A stretch of DNA of 64,000 bases from Parasitella parasitica NRRL 2501 (GCA_025201805.1 MU619253.1:188202-252201); one strand, 5' to 3'; shown: positions 51,961 to 64,000, counted from the stretch's first letter. Translations and numbers: made by a program. The notes: generated by a model not told the origin, from the letters alone.

Positions 51961-53723
51961 ATGGAAAACAGCAACTCAATTAATTACCTTAAGGTAACGG
52001 TTCCCGAGTCGGCGCAAGATACAAGAATTAGAAAATATCTATTAAACCATTACAGAAGGGTAGTGCGATCAAAAGAAAATGTACATCGAGCATTTGAAAG
52101 ACATGAAATCACTATAAATGGATGTCCGGTGGAAGAGACTAGACGTCTCAAGAAGGGAGATGTAGTAGAAGTCAAGTACGATAAATCTATAGAAGAGGCC
52201 AACAAAATGAAGATAATTCCTATAAGGATATGCTATGAAGACGATTATTTGGCTGTTGTGTGGAAACCTTCAGGACAGGTATGTTACCAAAAAGCATTGG
52301 AACGAAATCTATCAAACCTTAATTTGAGCCGCGTTTTTTTTATTTTATGGATCAATGAACCTGATAGCCTTTTGCCATTTTCGAAAAAGCGATACAATTC
52401 AACATTGCATTAAAAGATTTGGAAGGGAATCTGCGAAAAGTATGGTGTGTAAATGAGATTCAGAAGGCCGCTTCAGGGTTGATTATCGTGGCCAAAACTG
52501 AAGCCAGCAGGGATATACTGACGGAACAATACAACAGCAACCAAATCCAAACAACCATGCGCATCCTCTGTCATGGATACGTGACTACAACAGCGACAGA
52601 CGAGTTGTTCAAGCTTGATGTGAACAAAAAAACCGAAAGCATTGTTCCCGGTCAAGTATTGAATAGCATTGCCATTGTTTCACAAACACCCTCCAACAAT
52701 GCACAATATATATCCAGGCTCGATGTAGAATTATGCACACCCATATTAAGCACGCAGCTGCGTAAACTATTTTACTTTCACTCGGATCATCCCATCATTG
52801 GCAATTCTACGTTTACGAGGCCCTTGAAGACAAATAGGGACAAAGGCTTATGTGCAGCTTTGATAGCCGTCGCTTTTACTCATCCTGTAGAGCTAAACAC
52901 ACAAATAGCCGTGGAACAGCACGAGCCTGCCAAATTCGGTGTCATGTGTGAGCGTGAAGCAAGGTCTTTTCAGAGTAAACTAGACCGCGAAGCTGACGAA
53001 ATCAAGAAATCGAACGTGCCTTGTGCTGATGTGGAGCAAAGAAAACAAGGACAGTTGTTAGCCTACATGCTGGGACAAAAAGAGTTTTGTGGTTTGATGT
53101 ACAAAATAACGAGCGATTGTTTGATTCCAAGAACCAGCTCTGAAACGCTTGTACAAGCGGCTGTTGTAGCATCAAAATCCATAGATAGCGAGTCTATTCA
53201 TGTGATTGATGTAGGCACAGGCTGTGGAAATCTTTTGATATCTATTCTTGATCAGATTTCTTGCGCTACAGGCGTTGGGGTGGACATTAGCGAAGCTGCG
53301 TTGAACGTAGCCAAAGAAAATGCAAGTCGGTTACTTTCTGATCAACAGCAGCAGCAAAGAGCCACATGGCGCATCCAGGACATGACCAGCTTGAATGACC
53401 AGAATGCGTATGATATCTTGGTATGCAACCCTCCCTATCTTGATTTTGATAAGGCCAAAAAGAGCAAAGAGCAAATGATTGCGCTACGACAAGAGCCTGC
53501 AGAAGCCTTGTTTGCCAAGGACCTCGGCTATGAATGGTATCATGTGCTGAGCAAAGTAGCGCCTGTTGTTGTAAAGGATCACGGCTATGTGATACTGGAA
53601 TGCGGCAAGGGAATGATGGAAAAAGTGTTAGCAATATGGTCTGACTGGAAGCAAGTTGCCGTCTACAAGGACGCTCAGGGATGGGATCGTTGTCTCGTTT
53701 TGCAAATGAGATGGGTTGCATAA
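51961..53723 (+). CDS. Fusion: S4 + degenerate RluA-type pseudouridine-synthase fold + HemK/PrmC N5-glutamine methyltransferase (about 557 aa)
   Basis: Phase-0 intron 52279-52367 joins the two ORFs in frame. RluA-like: ICYEDDYLAVVWKPSG, VNEIQKAASGLIIVAK, HPIIGN. HemK: AYMLGQKEFCG, CLIPRTSSETLV, DVGTGCG, NPPY. Confidence 0.85.
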
Positions 53724-54021
53724 ATTAAAAAAGGCCCATCATTACTCCGCCTGCAACAAATATCGTCAAGAATTGCACGTTATTATTAAACCACACTGTT
53801 TTTTAGTGAATGAATAGCTGCATTACAGTCTTTTAAAGATGTTTAATACCATGGAAATAAAGAAATTGTATAGGAAATAGCTTCAAAACTTGATTGGTTA
53901 CATGAAAATCGTCGAATCTATTGGATCGATGAGACACAAGGGTTCATGCCGATGGTATAAAAATGAATGAAAAAACTAGTTTTTTTCTAGTTTCCCTTGT
54001 TATTATACAACACACTACAAA

Positions 54022-54543
54022 ATGGCACAAACTACCGCCACCTCGCCAGACATGTCCGATGTAAGTTGGTGGGTTCTCGAGCCACACACACCACATACTT
54101 ATTATTCTCGATAGATGGTCCATCGACTCAAAGCTCGGCTGGCTTTAGCAAACTTCAAACGTGAACACGGGTATGAAAACGTAGACTTGAGAACTCTAGA
54201 GTCAAGCCTATATGAGCATCAATTAAGACCTAGCCAAAGCTCACCCACTGCAGCAACCCGATCTGTGGCATCCCCGTTAATCCACGACAAGAAGAGAAGA
54301 AGAGTCCTCTCTCATCACCGATTTTATCCAACCTCGCCCCCTTCACAACACAGCGACTTGGATCGTTTAATAAAGAAAAACGCGTCCAGATCACCTTCCC
54401 ATATTCCCTTGTCAGAAGCAAGATCGCAGCATTCACCTCTGGTAGCCGATAACCGAAAATTGTCAGCGACGCTTTCTTCAGACGATGAAGATGCTGCACA
54501 TTTGTTGGTCCTTATGCACCAAAGCCCAACCATGTCTTCTTGA
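54022..54543 (+). CDS. Whi5/Nrm1-like G1/S transcription repressor motif protein
   Basis: RLKARLALANFKREHGYENVDLRTLE matches the Whi5-family motif. Multiple SP sites, C-terminal DAAHLLVLM, intron 54061-54114. Confidence 0.7.
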
Positions 54544-54773
54544 TAAACAAGATGCCAAGATGCCAAGATGCCATCTTTTGAACGAGATATTGAATTTTCT
54601 GTACATATTTTCTTACTGCCATTTACTATTTTCTTTTTCCAAATCAATTGTTTAACCTGCAAAACGGCTAAAGTTTTCCATGACATCCAATCAAATAAAC
54701 TAAACATCTCACATTTATAGAATTATTCCAATTTTTTTTTTCCCTCTTTATCCTTTTTCCATATTGCTACGAT

Positions 54774-55901
54774 ATGGATTTGTATGCAGCACATGTTACA
54801 GAGCCAAATGTCATGGGTTTCTCCAACCCTTCATTGGTTCCTGAAACTGCACTCTTCTCATTCCATCCTCTTGTGTTCCTATACTTTATGCTATCGTTTT
54901 TCATTGTCCCGTATCCGATCTATCGCTTCGTTGCTAAAAAGTATAGCTGGGAAGTGAACCAAAAGACCGTTGCAAGGCACTGGAGTGACGCTATGCTTGG
55001 ATTTAGCTACGGTTTGATTGTGTTTGTATTTGGCAACTACAGCAAAGCGTACGGGTGGATCACGGTTGTTGCTTTCTATCCTTCGCTATTTGGCTATGCC
55101 ATCATGGCTGAGCAGCCCTACACGAAAACTTCACTGCCCAGTATCAAAAGTTGGCCCAAAGGCATGTGGATTGTATTTCTGATTGCACTGGGGTATGTAT
55201 ATCGAATTCCCTTTTTTACTTCCTACTAAACCTCCCCCCCCCCCATTTTATTATATTCACAGAATCATTTTAGCTTTTGCTGGCATTCACATCTATTTCG
55301 CATCTCAGTTTGATTTGCCGTTTGTCATTTATTATGTCTGCGGGCTGCTGATCCCGGCCTTTTTCTTGGTTACATCCGTCTTGCTGATCAAGGAAGTCAA
55401 TTCAAATTGGATTAGAACCAAGTACCATACACGGCGACAACGAAAAGAAATGTCACCACCTCCTGCTTCTTTGCCAACTAATGATGTTGTAGATGAGGCT
55501 ATTATTGCTCATGAAGTTCAAAATAATCATAAGGAAACTGCCGTCATTGAGCATATGCCTGCATCCGCGCCGTTACCTCCACTTGTTAACCCATACACCA
55601 CAAAAGTCAGCCTACATATTCACCATTGGCAGATATTTTACGTTTTGGCGTTCTTTACAAGGTAAAACCCAAACATGCAATACCAAAGGTGCATTCCTTT
55701 TTAATGTCTTTTTCTTGTCAGATTCAAACATCCTGTCTCGCAGGTAGCAGCAGGTATCGTTCTTGCTTGCTACATGCAAGGAATATGTGCATGTAACTAT
55801 TATCTCTACTTGACAACACACATGTATTTGCGTTTATTGACTAAAGTTTGTTGTATTTCATTCCAGATGGTTACGACTCTTTGGTGAATGATGACAGGTG
55901 A
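54774..55901 (+). CDS. Uncharacterised multi-pass membrane protein with HxHH motif
   Basis: 4 exons, about 8-9 hydrophobic segments, HIHHWQIFYVLAFFTRF and C-terminal MQGICAYGYD. Confidence 0.75.
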
Positions 55902-56190
55902 ATCTTGTGGCACAAATAACAAATATATTATACATATACCACTAGAATTAGCTGCTAAAATTACCGCCACCTACCATACCCAACTTTCATTGTCGTACAC
56001 ATTGTATAAACAAGATCAATCAAAAGCTATCGTGTTGCCAGCTAGGAATAAATTTCTGAGTTTGTCTTATTGTGCACAACTTCTGTTTTTTATCTCCAAC
56101 TTGCAGACCAAATATCAAGATCAACAAACAAAGACTGTGGTAAGCAATCAAGAAGGAATTGGTTAAAGGGAAGAGCAGCCTAACACAGCC

Positions 56191-56229
<39 letters not shown>

Positions 56230-56686
56230 ATTCACCTGTTTCTTCAGTGAATATCGAAAAAACCTGCTGTGGCTGATAAACTCATTTCTACGATGTAAAA
56301 ACAAGTGCAGCCATCATCCAAAGCCTAAGGGTATGGTACTAGGGAGTGGTTTTAATGAGATTTTGAGGACACAATTTCCTCGTTATACTAGCAAAGGCAA
56401 AAACCTGGTCGTGCAATGAATTTCAATATGGACGTTCGTCCAAAATAATAAGCTTTTACTATGTTGTCTGCTCCCCCCCCCAATCATTAAATATGTTCTT
56501 ATCCAATTATAATCAACATATTTTGCGCCTGTCAGAGTTTATGTGCAATCTTAATTCCCATAGATGCCAATACTATTTTATTGAATCATCCTTGTGTTGA
56601 TGCAACATATTGTCACATTATTTTTATTGTATTTTCGTTTTCTATTTATAATTGATGATAGAATTGAAAAATAAAACTGTTTTTGC

Positions 56687-57110
56687 ACATAACTTTTGAT
56701 AGACGCAGCGCCCAGTGGAAAGCAAGTTTTGCTCGTATAGCGATGATCATGCCTAGTTTAACGGCACATAAGACAGGCTTTATGTTGCTCCTTATCGTAG
56801 CCTATCAGTGTTTATATGCGATTTTCATATGGCTTCTACGGATAACTTTATAGATATTAACAAAACATCGATACAATTGATTTCGCCAGATAGCACCAGA
56901 TCACCACTTTGTTTTCCAAGTTAGATCGCAATTCTTTGGTTCTTCTACCTGAAGTTATGACCAAATGTTTAATATTTATATGGTTTATGAAAAAAAAAAA
57001 CTTTGTTTTAATAGATACATCACCGAGTGGAAATCAACATGTGCCTATCAGGTAGCCTTGATTGTGCTTGTATTATTAATCAAGCTTGAAACAGGCCTAA
57101 TTTTGCTTGC
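56687..57110 (+). repeat. Dispersed degenerate repeat, copies B (56687-56868) and C (about 56998-57110)
   Basis: Copy B aligns closely to 42621-42800. Copy C is more diverged (CATCACCGAGTGGAAATCAA..AAACAGGC..TTGCT). Confidence 0.7.
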
Positions 57111-58610
57111 AGTATCAAAGATAGAGACGTTTAATATACTTTTATATGAAAGGTTGTATATTCTATATCTGTCGATATCTTTGAGTGCATCTCTGAGTTG
57201 GGACATGTCTAGTAAAAGTGGTATTTTGGGAATTACGATGTTGAGAGTTCCTCCAAGTTCTGTCAGTATAATGGAGGAAGTCATAATTACATGTTGTCCA
57301 AATGATCTCAAATAAAGCTCGCTATGACAATGGCTTCCTAAATGTGCCAAGGAAGCAGAAACTTTAAATACGGTGTGAAGGCCATCCTATGAACATTAAT
57401 AGTGCAGATATTGAAAAAATAATTGCTTTTTGCTATGAACTGAGGTTTAGTAAAAATGGTTTTATCTTTGATTATTGCAATACACAAGCAGTTCGATTTT
57501 CTTGACATTTGCATATACTACCTACCATGGCTTCCGTATTTATTAATAGTCTCAAGTATTGCTGTATTTCGTGTCACTAAAACATGTTTATATTTATATA
57601 AATCGAGGTAAAATACGGATCGTGCAGCAGCCATCTCCTAATTGTGGTCAATAAAAACACATTTTATCTGATATAAGATGTAAGACGAGATTCAGGATGA
57701 GCAATAAAATACAACAAACATATCTCCTTCCATAATGAATAAGTATAAGAGGAAATAAATGTTTTAAATGTTACAATTCAGGAACAACATTCTTCTAATC
57801 CAAAGCATAGGCACAAAGCAGCCGCACTATAATTAAAAATCTTTGGTTATTTGATATTATCCTTAGTGTTGTGTCTTTCACTACCATCCCCAGCAACAAG
57901 CATCATTTGTCTTTTTTGGCACTGAATGAACTATTACAGTTTCTGGTGCTGGTGTTGGTTGATAAAATTGAGCTAATAAAAAGTAAATAGACTAATTTTT
58001 CTGCGAAAACAAGTATAATTTGCATACCTGGCGGATCATTAGCAAAATTGGTTTCTACTAATACACCTTTGGTGAAGGATACACTTTGAATTTGACGCTG
58101 TCGTGGTAGTCTAGTAGCTTCTGGTTCGTCAACAGCTCGTTCCCCTTGCTTCATTGCATATTTAATACGAAAATATGATCCGTTATCGACAACTAGACAA
58201 AGAGAAGGAAGAGCTAAAAAAGAAGAACAATAAAGCTGTTGTCTTTCTCGGAGTTTTTCTTTGCTGTATTATGACGTTAGTAGATACTGTTCATAATGTT
58301 TATCTTGCCAGATCATCCAAAACATGTTTTATCGCCATGACGATGATTGGCATGTTAAAATTGTCGAGTGCGTTTAATTTTAGGGTTCTTTAAGTATGAT
58401 CAAATAAAGCGCTTACTTGTATAGTAGAATCCATTTATTTGATGGGCACATGCATATGTTGCATTTGATTTAACCTAAATGAGTGACATGTTCAATTTTA
58501 AAACTAATTTTAAATGTTCCAAAAAAATTTTCTCTTAAACGCGTCTTTTATATATCTCTTTTTTTTCTGTTTCCTATTTTCTTTTTTATAAACGCTTTCA
58601 AATATTAAAC

Positions 58611-59157
58611 ATGGCTACTATCGAAGCAATAGCTGCAAATTTTACCAGGTATTATTACCACACTTTTGATACAGCCAGAGCCAACTTGGCATCTACTTAC
58701 GTAAGTTGTATTTTCCTTAAACTGCTTGGGAAAATTCGATAATAACAAGTTGCAAAACAGAGAGATGATTCCAAGCTCTCCTTTGAAGGCCAATGTTTCG
58801 AAGGCGCACAAAATATTACCGAAAAGTTAATGGTAGGTAATAAAGGGTACATGAGAGCAGAAAAACCAAGTGTTTTTATTTTCAATCTGTAGTCTCTTTC
58901 ATTCCAAAAAGTTCAACATCACTGCGATACTGTGGATGTTCAACCTTTAGACCCAACAAATGCCAAAATTCTTATAGTAGTTGTTGGTAAACTTTTAGTA
59001 AGTCATTCTTATGAATTATTAGAGGCTTCGAGGTTACTAACAAAGTATAAAGATTGATGATAACGAAAACCCTTTGAACTTCTCGCAAGTTTTCCAGTTG
59101 GTCGCCCAGGATAACACTTTCTACATATCAAACGACGTTTTCCGTTTTATTTATTAA
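58611..59157 (+). CDS. NTF2: Nuclear transport factor 2, 4 exons
   Basis: Not in the ORF track. FTRYYYHTFD..RANL..Y|RDDSKLSFEG..GAQNITEKL|SLSFQKVQH..DVQP..VVGKLL|IDDNENPLNFSQVFQL..FYISNDVFR. Confidence 0.92.
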
Positions 59158-59308
59158 ACGGAAAACCACGAGTCCATGGTGTAGAAAATTGTGCTCCGTT
59201 GGGCATCATTTGTATGCGCCAATAAACAATAAACATCCAGATTTTCCCTATTGTGAATGAAATGCCATTTACACTTAAATCTTTATGATTTTTATAATAT
59301 GTACAATT

Positions 59309-60765
59309 TTAATTCTTTACGGGGGACGCTTTCTTGTCAAAAGCACCCAGAATATTTTGACGAATACTGAAATCATCCAACTTTGCAGAAGAAACATCAT
59401 CAGAGCCAGCAATCTTGGCAAGACGAGCTCCTTCAACCTCGAGGAACTTCTCACCGTTGGTCAGCATCTTTTCCATAATCTTGGCATAGTAAGTAGCATA
59501 ACGAGTACCGATTTCCTTTGCGGCTTCAGCAGCTTCAGCGTGAATCTTTTCGCGTTCGTTAGCGTTCTTGATGAAGCGAATAGCAAGCTCGTCTAGTTTA
59601 GCAATACGTCCAGCAATAGCCTCCAAACCGCCGCCAACTTTGCGTTGAGTACCACAGTGTTTGTTGAGGAATTCAACAAAGGCTGCTTCAGTACGGCCAC
59701 CTTCATATGCGATGGGTTCACTTTCACCAGCAGGGAAGAACTTGATGGTAGGGAAACCAGAAATATCAAATTCAGTGCCAATGTCTCGTTCTTGATCAGC
59801 GTCAATCTTTGCAACTACACACTATTGACATCAAGTAAGCGCGTGAGATGCTGCACAGGTGGGTTACTTTGATACAAGAACTTACGTTTCCTTCATTTGC
59901 AAAAGTGGAGCCAATCTTCTCCCAAATGGGCGCTTTAATGATAGTCCTATTTTAGCGTATCACCATAACATGCGTAAATTAGGCACTTACCAAGATTTTT
60001 GCAGTGTCCACACCACGAAGCATAGAACTCAACAAGAACATTTTTGTTGGGATTCAAAGCAATCTCGTGGAAGTTTTTGGTAGTTAAAGTAACAACATCA
60101 GACTTTTGAGACTTGATACGAGGAGAAACACCAGACTTTTCCTTGATGAATGCAGCCAAAGAGTTCAAATCACGACCTCCCTTGTAATCCTCCACGCCCT
60201 CAGGAGAATGAACACCCTTGGGGAACCATTTGAGTGTAGGGAAACCTTGGACACCAAACAAAGCACCAGTGTCACGGTGTTGATCAGCATCCAACTTGGC
60301 AACCAAAACTTTATCTTTACTAGAGGAAAAGGCATCGCCTAATTGAGCATAGACGGGAGCCAAGTTCTTACAATGACCACACCAGGGAGCATAAAATTCG
60401 ACAAGAGCAGGCTTGGAACCATCAATGACGCTGTTAAAGTTGGCATCCGTCAGAACGACAACATTACCCTCCCATTCGACTGCGGAACCGCCAGCAGGAG
60501 CGGTCTTTTCGCGAACCAAAGATAAGATATCACTAGCCGAATTGATGTTTTTCAATTGTGCAAACGCGTTGTTGACATGGCCAGCTAATTTCTCGGGTGT
60601 AGTGGATTTGATTTCGGCCAAGAAACCTTGTAGCTTATCGCCATTCAGCTGCTTGGCGTTTTCCACCAAATTGAAGGCAATGTTACCTCCTTGGTAGTAG
60701 TCGTAGCCAAGAAATGCAGCATTTACAGCGACAAGTAAGAAAAACAGCTTTTTGAAAAAAGACAT
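59309..60765 (-). CDS. Protein disulfide isomerase of TigA/ERp38 type (two WCGHC thioredoxin domains + ERp29-like helical domain)
   Basis: FYAPWCGHCK, FYASWCGHCK, GFPT twice, and C-terminal YYAKIMEK..ARLAKI..RQNILGAF. Confidence 0.93.
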
Positions 60766-61662
60766 TTTTATTACAGAAAGGGAAAAGAATGAAATGGTTG
60801 CGAGAAATTGATTCAGAAATAAATAGAAATCCTATTAGCAAATCAACTTGCTCCAAGTGGTGTAGGCCCTTTGCGCTTGGATATCAACTGCTTTGGATGG
60901 TATTCCTGTCCGGTGCCTTGATGCTCCATTGTCCGGATAGGACAGATGCGCTTGGGTTTACTACAGTTTGGGATTCTATAGATCAAGCAGTGCATTAAAC
61001 TTGTCTCTGAAGCAATAAAAAATCACTGATTTCTCCAAGCTTTAAATAAAAAATAAAAAAAAAGTCCTGCCAGACTTCATGTGCTTGATGCGTCTCTAGT
61101 TCATTGAATACCTAACACAAACGATAAAGTCTGTTAATTTTTGCATATTTGCGTTTTTGGCCAGTCTTTTGGTCAGCTAATTCATTGTGTAACCAGTGCT
61201 TATATATACATTACACATGTTTATTGTATCTCATGTGCATCCAAGGATTTTGAGGGATAGTTATGAAGCGTGTCAATTAAACTGTCGTTTTCACACACCA
61301 GTGGTCTTGATCGCACTGTGCTGTCTCCTGAAAGGATAAGTCCAGGGCAGCCATCGCTGAAGCTCCCTTTTTTATCATTTAAACATTGGATCTAACCAAG
61401 TAGCAACCAACGTCAAGTATTCCGTGCTTTTCGAAAAAAAAAAAAAAATACGGTAGAGCTAAACAGCCTGTCTGTGCACTTGAGTTGACATGCCGTAACA
61501 TCTTGAGCTCATACACTTCTTTTTCTAATTGGCCATACAAATCACCTTTCTAAAATTGAAAATTTATAAACCCCATTTGAATCTTGTTAAAGATTTTTTT
61601 TCTTCTTCTCTCTCTCCCTCTCTCTCTCTCTGCCTCTCTTTTACTCAGTTTGGCTAATTGAA

Positions 61663-63382
61663 ATGGTAGCTACTAAAGATATAGACGATGCTTTAGAGCT
61701 TGACAAGATGCTGAAGCACATGCAAACACTGGTCTTCAATTGTAAGATTGGATATTCTATGGCTGACCTGCTGTAACTGACTTCAAAGACGTTTGACAGA
61801 TGTTTGTCAAGGTCAAAATAAAACGAAGCCTGTGGTTATGTATCACGATCCACATCAATTGTACAAGGCCATGGACTTTTCACTACCTGTCAAGGGTGCT
61901 GGCATGGAAGGCAGGTTTCTATTTTTTTTTGCATTTCAGTATAGAATTTTGACAAGCTTATGCAGGCACCTTTGAGCTTATCAAGTCAACACTGGAATTC
62001 AGCGTCAATCCATGGAATCCTCGATTCCTGGACAAGCTATATGCTGGGACCAATCCTATTGGCGTTATTTCTGAACTTTTGCTGGCTGTACTGAACAGCA
62101 ACGTCCATGTGTATCATGTATCACCTGTGCTTACACTGATGGAGGTTGAAGTTGCAAAGGCTGTTGGGCGATTATTGAATATGGGAGAGGTTAATGCCAC
62201 TATTTCAATTGAAAGCTGCAATGAAAAGTAACCCCATCAAATATAGAATTCAGGTGGTTTACTATGCCCTGGTGGTTCAGCTTCAAATTTGTTGGCTATG
62301 GTCACAGCACGAAACAGGATGTTCCCAATGATAAAGTCAGAGGGCTATTTTCCGAAGCCAATGAATCCAGCAGCTACATACGGCAAATTAACAGTGTTTA
62401 CCTCGCTCCATAGCCATTACAGTATTGACAAATCAGCTCAGGTCATGGGGCTAGGCACAGATAATATAATCAAGGTGCCAGTTGATGACATTGGAAGAAT
62501 GCAAGTAGATGAATTGGGTAATTAAAAAAGCGAGCAAAAAGGATCTTTCTTTGCTAATGATTTGAAAAAGAAAAAATGATTCTATCAAGTATAGAAAAGG
62601 GTGAAACGCCATTTTTCATTAATGCAACAGCAGGCACTACAGTTTTGGGTGCATTTGACCCTATTCGACAGATATCAGCATTAGCAAAAAAATACAACTG
62701 CTGGTTACATGTGGATGGCTCATGGGGTGGCAGTGCTGTATTTTCGGATAAAGCTAGAAAAGAAAGAGACTGGTTTGATGGCTCCGAGTTGGCAGATACG
62801 TTCACATTGAATCCTCATAAACTGCTGGGCGTGCCATTGCAATGTTCCATGCTAATTACACCTCATCAAGGGCATCTGTTGTTTGCCAAGGCCAATTCTT
62901 TACGAGCAGACTATCTCTTCCATGGCAACCCATATGATCTGGGAGCAGGCACTATTGGCTGCGGTCGTCGTCCAGACGCTGCCAAAGTATTTTTGGCATG
63001 GAAATTCTATGGACAGCAAGGGCTCGGTGCTCGCGTAGATAGAGCGCTAGCTACTGCAGATGAATTCACACAGCTCGTTAGGCAAAGAGCCTCGTTTGTG
63101 CTAGTTAAAGACCCTAGTCCTTTCTTGCAAATCTGTTTTTGGTTTATGCCGCCAGGCTTGGAAGAAAAACACATTGATTTGTCTAAAGTTACAAGAGAAA
63201 TCCACCGCAGAGTGAATCAATCCGGTGAGTTCATGGTAGATCATTCGCCTTTGGCTGGAACGTCAGATTTCTTTCGCATCGTAGTCAATGCGCCCGCCGT
63301 CGGCCTGCATCGTGACCTTGAAAGACTCCTTGATACCATTGAGGAGGTCAATGCAACTATAGATTGGAAGAATGTTTTATAA
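61663..63382 (+). CDS. Group II PLP-dependent decarboxylase (GAD/CSAD/aspartate decarboxylase-like)
   Basis: FLDKLYAG, YHVSPVLTLME, PGGSASN, HSHYSIDK, NATAGTTVLGAFDP, WLHVDGSWGG, NPHKLLGVPLQCS (PLP Lys) and CGRRPD. GC-AG intron at 61911-61965. Confidence 0.92.
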
Positions 63383-63702
63383 TTATAAACTTTTTTTTTT
63401 CTTTTTCTGATAACGTGTTGGAGTCAAATGACTTGTTGAGGCATTGTCGAAACAAAATGTTGGACATTTCATTCAAGGCGGGGACTTAGTTCCCTTCTGT
63501 GTCCCCTCCCCCCCCCTTTTCTCCCTTTTTGAGTGGGGTGTTTATTTTGTTTTTGTTGTTGTTGTTGTTGTTGTTGTTGCTGCTCTTTCTGCTTTTTTCT
63601 TTTCTTTTCTTTTTTTTTTTTCCTTCTCATTGTCTTTTTTATTATCCTCGAGAAAAAAAAAGCGTCATTGTGTTTACATCAACAAATTGATAATATCTTT
63701 CC

Positions 63703-64000
63703 ATGGCATCACCTTCTCTGTTATGTAGAGTACAGGCGCTCTATTCCTTTGAATCAAACGACCCTTCCTCCTTGAAATTTGATGAAGGCGATTTCATAGA
63801 TGTCTTGACTAAATTACCCTCTGGTTGGTGGGATGGATGGTAGATGGCAAAATAATATGGTTTTTTCTAAACGCTAAAACTAACATGTCGTTAGGTGTAA
63901 TGGAAGTCGCGGCTGGTTTCCTAGCAACTATGTTACAATAATCGATGAGTATGGTGGTACAGGACCAGTGGTATGCATAAAATCAAAATTGGGAATTTCA
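63703..64000 (+). CDS. 5' part of an SH3-domain protein (Cdc25-type Ras-GEF-like N-terminus); runs off the window
   Basis: MASPSLLCRVQALYSF..SLKFDEGDFIDVLTKLPSGWWDGW|CNGSRGWFPSNYV. The GEF identity is inferred only. Confidence 0.75.

Noticed and set aside
63555-63580. (GTT)n microsatellite giving poly-Val/Leu/Cys ORFs
   Set aside because: Simple repeat in the 5' region of the SH3 gene; the ORFs are artefacts.
1-64000. Functional gene cluster (e.g. UBA1 + NEDP1, or EGD1 + STM1 + HemK fusion)
   Set aside because: The genes are interspersed with unrelated housekeeping loci; there is no evidence of operon-like or biosynthetic clustering.

Overview
Intron-rich, AT-rich eukaryotic DNA, most consistent with a Mucorales (Mucoromycota) fungus: short introns, compact genes and many long poly(A)/poly(T) runs, with two 10-N assembly gaps. 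About 30 protein-coding genes can be reconstructed by hand-splicing. Most are housekeeping: malate synthase, STE24, EIPR1, IPK1, ECL1-like, NEDP1, NAC-beta, IPP1, a group III G-alpha, cyclophilin B, UBA1, a PI-PLC-like protein, hemerythrin, LIG4, a DUSP, STM1-like, Whi5-like, NTF2, a TigA-type PDI, a group II PLP decarboxylase and the 5' end of an SH3 protein. Five things stand out. (1) An S4/RluA-like pseudouridine-synthase fold that has lost its catalytic Asp is fused to an intact HemK/PrmC methyltransferase (51961-53723). (2) The long STM1-like intron folds into an approximately 310-nt hairpin whose outer-stem mismatches are mostly G-U wobbles on the transcribed strand (49947-50260). (3) A 326-bp poly(A)-tailed retroposon has a perfect 13-bp target-site duplication and a structured two-UUCG-hairpin 5' head (16041-16392). 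(4) A CH-domain / Cdc7-Cdc15-like kinase / zinc-finger protein (34810-38919). (5) A highly degenerate Hsp70/HSPA12-like gene flanked by relic repeats. All family assignments come from motif recognition by eye; no searches were run.
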